DNA of 27,713 bases from the NCBI GenBank assembly GCA_049509455.1, contig JBEKZX010000016.1, forward strand, positions 1-27,713, read 5' to 3'. Both the position numbers and the translations under genes were made by a program. Below the pieces are notes generated by a model. That model was not told the DNA's origin, did not search any database, and saw only the letters and a list, made by a program, of their open reading frames with translations. Each line of letters opens with the position of its first letter. Within the stretch, counting starts at the first letter, position 1. Source of the DNA: Conexivisphaerales archaeon. GTDB taxonomy: Archaea; Thermoproteota; Nitrososphaeria; Conexivisphaerales; DTJL01. Positions 16,994-23,772 of this stretch are shown here, piece after piece.

Positions 16994-17405
16994 GGACCAC
17001 TACCTGGAACCAGATCAGGCCGGCATAAAAACCCAGAAGGTAGAGCATCGAGGTCTTGGATCCGCTGGCAGCTGCTACGTGCTGTTTGGTCGGGCACCCT
17101 CCGGCGAGGACGGAGAAAAGCCCGAAGCCTATTCCGCCTATGAAGATCAATATCATCGTATCAAGCGTGAGGCCCGGGGTCTTGAGCAGCGCGAGGAAAT
17201 CGCCTTCGTAAGGGCTGAAGGGCCTCAGGACAACGAACCCAACGAGGGCACCCACGAACATCCCCAGGACCGTCTTCAGGAGGTAGGTGTCCTTGAAGAG
17301 GTAAAAGTCTCTGTAGCCGGAGACCGAACATGCCTTGGAGCGCTGCCACAGGAAGCCTATAATCAGGCCGGCGATCAGCGTGGCGACGGTGACCTCTAGT
17401 CCCGT
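16959..17405 (-). CDS. YeeE/YedE-family sulfur-compound transporter, C-terminal half (probable ACG start)
   Basis: The frame extends 48 codons upstream of ATG 17261: (T)GLEVTVATLIAGLIIGFLWQRSKACSVSGYRDFYLFKD, then GGCPTKQHV. No ATG/GTG/TTG in the extension; ACG at 17405 lies 8 nt after GGAGG. Confidence 0.8.
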   Translation of the reverse strand, partial: TGLEVTVATLIAGLIIGFLWQRSKACSVSGYRDFYLFKDTYLLKTVLGMFVGALVGFVVLRPFSPYEGDFLALLKTPGLTLDTMILIFIGGIGFGLFSVLAGGCPTKQHVAAASGSKTSMLYLLGFYAGLIWFQVVVLAYLLSIFGVG

Positions 17406-17848
17406 GCTTTAACCCTCCATTTGACGAAGCGGCAGGCGACGACCACGCCTATGAGGATCCCGATCAGCCCGGGCACGGCCAGGAGGTTCCCGTAAGCCAA
17501 CAGCATGACCGCCCTGACCGAGCAGAAGCCCATGAGCATGCCAAAGTTGGCTACTGCGAAGCCATATATCACGGGAGAGGCGCGGTCGGGGACCGACCTG
17601 AGCCGTAGCTCCTTCTTCTGGTATGCCGAGATGGCCGCTCCGAGCACGATGCCCACATAGGTCAGCACAGGGATGACGAGGGAGTAGTTTGAGAGAAAGA
17701 AGTTGGTGCCGAGAAGCTTGTTGAAGACGAAATCAATCATGTCTCTCGGATGAGATATGCCGCAGATGCCGAAGGCTTCGGGGATGTTCATCGCGAAGAT
17801 CCCCACTGCGATGGCGGCCCAGAGGCCCGTTACGAGGCCTGCAATCAA
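17396..17848 (-). CDS. YeeE/YedE-family sulfur-compound transporter, N-terminal half
   Basis: FGICGISHPRD, GIVLGAAISA, MGFCSVRAVMLLAYGN Cys motifs with TM helices. The true start may lie upstream, near 17880. Confidence 0.8.
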   Translation of the reverse strand: MIAGLVTGLWAAIAVGIFAMNIPEAFGICGISHPRDMIDFVFNKLLGTNFFLSNYSLVIPVLTYVGIVLGAAISAYQKKELRLRSVPDRASPVIYGFAVANFGMLMGFCSVRAVMLLAYGNLLAVPGLIGILIGVVVACRFVKWRVKARD

Positions 17849-17876
17849 GGGAGTGATCTTGAAGCGCTTCGAGAGC

Positions 17877-18389
17877 TCAACCGCCCCCAGTTATGAGCCG
17901 AATTAACGGGATCGTCTTGGGGACTGGGTAGGTCAACGTCGCGTTGCTGGCTTGTAGGAGCGCCGTGGAGAAGGCCAGCGTCGGGAGGACGGGAGCGTTC
18001 TGAATGGAGACTTGAGCAGGCATCTGTGCTCTGGCGATGAAATTCGAAGAATTTGCAGGGACCTCAAAGGTCAAGGGATACTGTGAGAGGAGGACTCCGG
18101 TCTTTTCGTAGCTGGTGTAGACTATCACCGACGCGTTGATCGGAACCACGGCGGCATTGGAGAAGGTGAAGGTCAGGTTGGTCGTGTACACCGCATAAGT
18201 GCCACATCCCAGTCGCACGGTGTTCACCACCAGCGAGCTGAAGTTCAGGAGCCTGATATTCTCCATCCCCACGATACTTACGTGAATCGCGCCTGTTCCA
18301 TGGCCTACCGGGTTTGGCACCTGATAGACCGCCGGGACAGTAAGTGCGGCGGAAATTACCAAGAAGACCAAGAAGATCTTGAGGCTCAA
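17877..18389 (-). CDS. Predicted secreted or membrane-anchored beta-rich protein
   Basis: Signal-like MSLKIFLVFLVISAALTVPA, several N-x-S/T sequons, TTGA overlap with the protease gene. Confidence 0.7.
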   Translation of the reverse strand: MSLKIFLVFLVISAALTVPAVYQVPNPVGHGTGAIHVSIVGMENIRLLNFSSLVVNTVRLGCGTYAVYTTNLTFTFSNAAVVPINASVIVYTSYEKTGVLLSQYPLTFEVPANSSNFIARAQMPAQVSIQNAPVLPTLAFSTALLQASNATLTYPVPKTIPLIRLITGGG

Positions 18390-18790
18390 GGCGATCCCTC
18401 CGTCAGCTCGACGATCCCCCGTGGAAAATCGTAGACAAGCTTGTAATTGCCAAGGAGGCTTCGGCCCATTACGAAATCGACGCCGAGTTCATTGCTGAGG
18501 TCCTGAGCCGCCGTCAACACGTTCTCCACGACAAGCTTCCCCACTTCGATCTTGCTGATCGTGATGAAAGGAACTTTAACCAGATAGTGAGGCGTGAGCA
18601 ATTTCGTTTTCAGGTTGGCTACTTCCGGAATGTAGAAGGCGTTGTAACCCAGCTCGATGGCATCGCTTCTCTGAATCAGGCAGAGCTCCGACGCCGTATC
18701 GAAGACCGCTCGCAGTTCACGGACGCCGTTGGGCCCATGAATCCTGACGAAGTAGGTCCCATCCGGGCGAAGACGGAATGCCACGCCCAC
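18386..18790 (-). CDS. Retropepsin-like (clan AA) single-domain aspartyl protease
   Basis: AVFDTASELCLI catalytic motif (D-T-A variant of D-T/S-G) and C-terminal psi-loop VDFVMGRSLL. Confidence 0.82.
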   Translation of the reverse strand: MGVAFRLRPDGTYFVRIHGPNGVRELRAVFDTASELCLIQRSDAIELGYNAFYIPEVANLKTKLLTPHYLVKVPFITISKIEVGKLVVENVLTAAQDLSNELGVDFVMGRSLLGNYKLVYDFPRGIVELTEGSP

Positions 18791-19029
18791 TAGATCATCA
18801 CCTTAGCATCTCGGGGTTCCCTCAGGGCTTGGAAGACGCACAGATCCTCTTCTGCCTGCTTTATCAACTCCTGTGAAAGCATCTTCCGGGTTATGTGTTC
18901 ACAGATGATGACGCCCTTGGTGGGCTGCCCATGTTCGTCCCTGGCGGTGACCTTGACCGCGTACCAGAACGGCGCGTACTTGGCGTCTATATGGGCCAAA
19001 TCAATTTCCATACGATTATCCGATGTCAT
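18790..19029 (-). CDS. Small protease-associated protein, DUF5678-like
   Basis: 79 aa, KYAPFWYAVKV...GVIICEH pattern resembling the KYxGxWVA small proteins found upstream of archaeal aspartyl proteases; 1-nt overlap with the protease. Confidence 0.55.
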   Translation of the reverse strand: MTSDNRMEIDLAHIDAKYAPFWYAVKVTARDEHGQPTKGVIICEHITRKMLSQELIKQAEEDLCVFQALREPRDAKVMI

Positions 19030-19097
19030 ATCACACTTACCACGATATTTGATTTACGTCAATAGACGATTTACCATGCGGTCTGTATGCCTTGTTT

Positions 19098-19147
19098 AAT
19101 AGAATAAATAAAAAGGGGTGTTGGGGATGAAGTGACAAACCTCATCC
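19098..19147 (-). terminator. Terminator of the molybdoenzyme operon
   Basis: Minus strand GGATGAGG-N7-CTTCATCC stem just after stop 19156, then TTTTTATTTATTCTATT. Confidence 0.55.
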
Positions 19148-19155
19148 TCAACTTC

Positions 19156-20118
19156 CTACGTCAGTATCGCTTTACTTACTAGTGCGCTTATGATGTTAGT
19201 CTTGTAATGGTTGTCGGCCAGCGGAACGGCGTTAGCTATGGCGGCTGCTCCAGCGTTCGTTGCTACGGTGGCGCTGATAGCGTTGCCCTTCAGGGCGGTT
19301 TCTGCGCCAGTCGCCTCGATCGGCGTCGGAGCGACCCCACCCAGCCAGATGTTGGCCGTGGTGACTGTCCCTGAAGCCGGCGCGGCCATCAGGCCCACGC
19401 TTGTGAGGGCGAAGTCGAAGTTCTTCCTGACCTGCTGCTTGATGAAGACCTGCTTGTTGCCCGTGGGTGGAGCCGGCACGTCAATCTCCGTGATGATTTC
19501 GTCGGCTTTGAGGACGGTGCCCGGAGCGAGGGCGTAGAAGAACTTGTTAATCGGTATGGTCCTCGAGCTCGTTACGACTGACGCTCCCAGAGCAAGCAGC
19601 GCGATGGCCGTGTCCGACGCTGCCACGGAGTAACAGCCCAGAGGTCCGCCGAACACACTGTGGAACTGATTCAGGCCACTCACCGCGTAGCAGGTGCCTC
19701 CTCCCTTCCTCAGGCAGGGGAACATGTTGCCCTCCCAGCGGTAGTACCAGCACCAGACCTCCTGGCTGATGTTTCCGCCGATGGTCCCTATGTTCCTGAT
19801 GTTCGGGGTAGCCACTTCGCTGGCCGCCGCGGCAAGCATAGGCCAGGTGGCAAGGACCGTCGAATTGTTGGCGATGCTTGCCAGTGTGGCGAGAGACCCC
19901 ACGTGCAGCACCCCGGACGCGTCCGAGGAGATCGCATTGAGGCCAGGTATAGTCTTGAGGTTGATGAGGTAGTCGGGGAGATCTGCCCTGATGAATCCCT
20001 TCAGCTGGTGAGTTAAGTCCGTCCCTCCGCCTATCACAGCGGCTGCGCTTCCGTACTTGTCCAGCATGGCAACGGCGTCGGAGACCGATGTCGCGTCATA
20101 GTGGTTAATGACTTTCAT
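19156..20118 (-). CDS. Xanthine-dehydrogenase-family FAD-binding subunit with [4Fe-4S] insertion (PaoB/YagS/HcrB-like)
   Basis: IGGGTDL, PNIRNIGTIGGN, four-Cys insert CWYYR...CLRKGGGTCYA...GCY, SDTAIALLAL, RKNFDFA. Confidence 0.92.
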   Translation of the reverse strand: MKVINHYDATSVSDAVAMLDKYGSAAAVIGGGTDLTHQLKGFIRADLPDYLINLKTIPGLNAISSDASGVLHVGSLATLASIANNSTVLATWPMLAAAASEVATPNIRNIGTIGGNISQEVWCWYYRWEGNMFPCLRKGGGTCYAVSGLNQFHSVFGGPLGCYSVAASDTAIALLALGASVVTSSRTIPINKFFYALAPGTVLKADEIITEIDVPAPPTGNKQVFIKQQVRKNFDFALTSVGLMAAPASGTVTTANIWLGGVAPTPIEATGAETALKGNAISATVATNAGAAAIANAVPLADNHYKTNIISALVSKAILT

Positions 20119-20128
20119 TCCATTTCAC

Positions 20129-22366
20129 CTACTGGCTCTTCCCCAACGCCTTCAGCACCGCCCATGGCGTTGCCGGCTGCGACCTGACCCATTTGCCAGT
20201 GGCGTTGTAGATAGCGTTGACGATCGCCGCTGCCGGCGTCGCCAGCGGCGGCTCGCCCAAGCCCTTTACGCCTAACGGACCGTTCTTGTCATACGACTCC
20301 TCGATGATGGCGGTGAAGTTGTCAGGGGTCGGGAAGTCATTTTGGGTGGGGAACCTGTGGCCCAGGAAGCTGGGGTTCATCGGAACCCCGACGCTATCGT
20401 CGACGAACCATGACCACATCAGCGCGTACCCAAGGGACTGCACGGCCCCTCCCATGATCTGGTTCGTGGTGCCGTTGTGTGTTAGGGACGTTCCCACGTC
20501 GTCGGCCGTCACCATATCCAGGACCTCTATGGCGCCCGTGGCTTCGTCGACCGCGACCTCGGCTGCCGTGGCGCACGTCGTCCTAGTCACCATCTTGGTG
20601 GGATATGTGTTGTATCCTCTGCCCACGATGGGATTCGGAGAGGCGGCTAGGACGGCCGCGACCGTCACGGACTGGGTCGGGGTACCTGTAACGAAGATAT
20701 TCCCTAGCTTTGCGCTGAGCTTGTCGGGCGTAGTCTTCAGCATCGGGGCGGCTACCGCGAAGAGTTGGCTCTGGACGTCGAGCCCTGCCTGTAACACGGC
20801 AGCCCCTGTGGTGATGCACCTCGTGCTTCCGCCTTGTCCCCCGCAGTTCTGGGTGACCGAGGTGTCGCCGTAAGCGCCAATGCGCACGTCCCCGGCGCTG
20901 ACGCCTATCGCTTCAGCTGCGAGGTAGGTCAGAGCGGAGACCGTGTCCTGTATGCTCGAGATGCCAACGTTCAGGAAGAACCCGCCGTCAGTGGTCGAGT
21001 TGATAATGGCACAGTCGATGTCGCCTCCGGAAGTTCCCTTGTTGCAGACGAAACCGCTAATGCCGATTCCGTGATACCTGCCGTCGGAGAGCACCTTGGT
21101 ACCAGGGGCGTGCCACTTTGTCGTCCATCCGATGCTGTTGGCTGCGTCTTGGATGCACTTCGCCAAGGCCATGCTTGAGAAGGGCAATCCCGACTGCCCC
21201 GCGTTGAGCCCCAATGACCCGTTGTCGGTGTCGTTCATGGTCTTCACGTTCTTGAGCAAGAACTGAACCTTGTCCATGTTCAGCTTCGCGCACAGCTGCT
21301 CGATTACGGGCTCCATGTCGAAGAGGCCTCCGGGCTCTCCTACGCACCTCCAGTACGCGCCCTGAGGCTTGTTGGTGGTGATTGTGTGACCAGTGAAGCT
21401 GGCGTTGGGCACGTTGAAGGTGATCTGCAGAGGCGATATCGCATCGCCCACTGCCGGCCAGGGGAAGGCCCCGATGTCGGTCCAGAAAGTGGCCTGTATG
21501 GCCATGAGGGTCCCGTCACTCTTGGCGCCCAGTTTTATGTCACCCCTGTCGGCGTACTGCTGGGTTGAGCTTAGGTAGTTCTGCTTCCTGCTCAAATGGT
21601 ACTGCACTGGGGCCCCTGCCTTCTTGGCAAGGACCGCAGCTACTACATTGTGCGTGTTGAAGTTAAGGTCACCGAACGCCCCTCCGGTGCCGTGGGTTTT
21701 GATGGTCACGTTCTCCAGAGGAATGTTCAGGGCCCCGGCTACGGTGGACCGGAAGGAGAACGGGTTCTGACAATCCGTGTAGATGGTGAGCTGATCCTGT
21801 ACAAGATTATCCCATACGGCGATGCAGGACCTCGGCTCAAGGGTTGAATGTTGGTATGACGCCGACATCCCTATCGTGTCTTCGACGGTCACGTCCGAGG
21901 CGGCGAAGCCTGCGTTAACGTCGCCCCAGCCTCCCGTCAAGGGTTCTCCCACTTCGTTGGTGTTCGGAATGAGCCCGGTCAGCGTATTGTTGGTAATGGC
22001 CGCGTCGATGTTCGTAACGAACGGCAGGACACTATACGTCACCTTGACCAGCAACAGAGCCTGGGAAGCGATGTGCGGATCTGTCGCGGCCACGCCACAC
22101 ACCTCTTGACCTACATAGAATAGCTCCTGGGTCATTATGGGGCAGTCCAAGTAGGTGGTGACAGCCTTGACGCCCGGAAGGGCCATCGCGGCGCTCGTGT
22201 CGATGGCGGTTATCTTCGCGTGAGGGTAGGGGCTGCCCAGCATCGCCGCGTACAGCTTTCCTTCGAAGACGTGATCGGTCGAGTAGTCGAGCTTGCCCGT
22301 CACCTTCTGCAGAAGAAGGAGGTCTGGGTTAGGTTGGCTCAGTACATTGAAAGTAGGAGTCGACAT
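20129..22366 (-). CDS. Xanthine-dehydrogenase-family molybdopterin-binding large subunit (PaoC-like aldehyde oxidoreductase)
   Basis: SPYPHAKI, LEPRSC, GTGGAFG, WRCVGEPGG, GGSTR, NQIMGGAVQSLG, GVKGLGEPP (catalytic Glu), AIVNAIYNATG. Confidence 0.93.
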   Translation of the reverse strand: MSTPTFNVLSQPNPDLLLLQKVTGKLDYSTDHVFEGKLYAAMLGSPYPHAKITAIDTSAAMALPGVKAVTTYLDCPIMTQELFYVGQEVCGVAATDPHIASQALLLVKVTYSVLPFVTNIDAAITNNTLTGLIPNTNEVGEPLTGGWGDVNAGFAASDVTVEDTIGMSASYQHSTLEPRSCIAVWDNLVQDQLTIYTDCQNPFSFRSTVAGALNIPLENVTIKTHGTGGAFGDLNFNTHNVVAAVLAKKAGAPVQYHLSRKQNYLSSTQQYADRGDIKLGAKSDGTLMAIQATFWTDIGAFPWPAVGDAISPLQITFNVPNASFTGHTITTNKPQGAYWRCVGEPGGLFDMEPVIEQLCAKLNMDKVQFLLKNVKTMNDTDNGSLGLNAGQSGLPFSSMALAKCIQDAANSIGWTTKWHAPGTKVLSDGRYHGIGISGFVCNKGTSGGDIDCAIINSTTDGGFFLNVGISSIQDTVSALTYLAAEAIGVSAGDVRIGAYGDTSVTQNCGGQGGSTRCITTGAAVLQAGLDVQSQLFAVAAPMLKTTPDKLSAKLGNIFVTGTPTQSVTVAAVLAASPNPIVGRGYNTYPTKMVTRTTCATAAEVAVDEATGAIEVLDMVTADDVGTSLTHNGTTNQIMGGAVQSLGYALMWSWFVDDSVGVPMNPSFLGHRFPTQNDFPTPDNFTAIIEESYDKNGPLGVKGLGEPPLATPAAAIVNAIYNATGKWVRSQPATPWAVLKALGKSQ

Positions 22367-22368
22367 GT

Positions 22369-23109
22369 CTAGCTGCTACCTCCCACTGACGCTACAGCCG
22401 TCAAAATTCTGTTGTACACGCCACATATGCACAGGTTGCCCCCCATGGCTGTACGTATCTGAGCCGTCGTCGGTTTGGGGATGGCGTTAAGAAGCGCCCT
22501 CGCTTGCATTATCTGGCCTGGAGTACAGTAGCCGCACCCTTCCGCTTGGTTCGCTATAAACGCCTTCTGCACAGGATCGAGGTTGTTTCCGTAGTCGCTT
22601 ATCCCTTCAAGGGTCGTTATCTGGTGGCCTTCCGCCTCGATCGCCAGGATCTGGCATGAGTTGATGCCCATTCCATCCATCATGATGGTGCATGCTCCGC
22701 ATTCGCCCAATGAGCAGCCGTCATGCACTGAGAAGAGGTTGAGCTTTTCCCTGAGCACTTCCAGAAGAGACCAGTTGGCCTGTACCAACAACGTCTGTGG
22801 GTTCCCGTTTACGGTGAGCGTCACCACTTTGGACGTCACTGGTCCCGTTGGGGTTGTAGAAGTCCCCGTGCCGGTCCCCGTGCCGGTCCCCGTGCCGGTC
22901 CCCGTGCCGGTCCCCGTGACCGTTGTGGTCACCGTTTTCGTAGAGGTCACCGTGGTCGCAGCTGACTTGGGCAGGCCCGGTATCCGTACGCCTTCCTCGA
23001 CACCGGCCACCACGACAGCGCCCACCACTGCGCCTGCGACTGCTCCCTTCATGAAGTTCCTTCGCGAGACTCCCTTCTTCTCGATGAGTTCGTCGTCTGG
23101 CTCTGTCAT
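22369..23109 (-). CDS. (2Fe-2S)-binding small subunit with Tat signal and Thr/Gly linker (PaoA/YagT-like)
   Basis: SRRNFMKG twin-arginine motif with hydrophobic helix, Thr/Gly linker, GCSLGECGACT...SC, GCGYCTPG, GNLCICG. Confidence 0.93.
   Translation of the reverse strand: MTEPDDELIEKKGVSRRNFMKGAVAGAVVGAVVVAGVEEGVRIPGLPKSAATTVTSTKTVTTTVTGTGTGTGTGTGTGTGTGTSTTPTGPVTSKVVTLTVNGNPQTLLVQANWSLLEVLREKLNLFSVHDGCSLGECGACTIMMDGMGINSCQILAIEAEGHQITTLEGISDYGNNLDPVQKAFIANQAEGCGYCTPGQIMQARALLNAIPKPTTAQIRTAMGGNLCICGVYNRILTAVASVGGSS
22862..22918. repeat. 12-bp tandem repeat (GTCCCCGTGCCG x4.75) encoding a TG stalk
   Basis: Four perfect units from 22862 plus a 9-nt partial unit, in frame as TGTG repeats. Confidence 0.95.
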
Positions 23110-23127
23110 CTAGGAGCTACCTCCTAG
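23110..23127 (-). promoter_or_regulatory. Perfect 7-bp inverted repeat covering the SD of the first molybdoenzyme gene
   Basis: mRNA CUAGGAG-GUAG-CUCCUAG directly followed by AUG (23109); AGGAGG lies in the 5' arm and loop. Confidence 0.5.
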
Positions 23128-23772
23128 TTGACGAGAGCACCTTTGCCTAGTAAATAGATTAAGACTAGTCGTGAATCTTACACTCTCCGCATAGCTAAAC
23201 AGCCTCAGCCTCTATTAAGTCTTTAAATCACGAGCTATTTGTGTAGACTACCTATGGTAAATAGAACTGTTTCAGTAAACAAAACCATTTTCCCAGCCAT
23301 GCGTTCTGGTTTTCAGGCTCGCGGAAATCAGTCGCCACGATATCCTCGCAGCTCGCAGGTGCTCCTCTTCGTGGTTCGTGTGTGCCTGGCTGCACCCCGT
23401 ACCGCATGCGGACGAAAATGCGCTTCGAGCATCCCTGAATCATCTTCCCCAAACGCCGTCGGCAAGGCCGAGGAACCGGATTCAATGAGTGCGCTCTGGA
23501 GTGACCAGCTACATCTCCAAAAGGCGAGGCCAGGCTTAGTGGAAGAAAACCCTGCTGCCGTTAGAGTCAGATAGGGATTCCTCTTCCGATGAAGGGAGAG
23601 GACCAGGGAAGGGAAGACAGAAGGAGGGAGGTGGAGAGGGTGAAGGAGTTCGCCGGCCAGATGGCTTGCGGGCTTTCGTGGGTGGGATGGTCAGACTCAA
23701 GCATCGACCCTCCGTCACCTCCTCTTTCGTGTGGAGGGTCCCAATCACGGCTCCTGGTGGACAACAGCCAGA

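Noticed and set aside
20129-22366. Aerobic CO dehydrogenase large subunit (CoxL)
   Set aside because: Neither AYXCSFR (form I) nor AYXGAGR (form II) is present; the Tat signal and 4-Cys FAD insert point to a PaoABC-like enzyme.
23239-23770. Short ORFs between the molybdoenzyme operon and the DUF885 gene
   Set aside because: Conflicting frames, Arg/Pro/Ser-rich translations and no recognisable domain.
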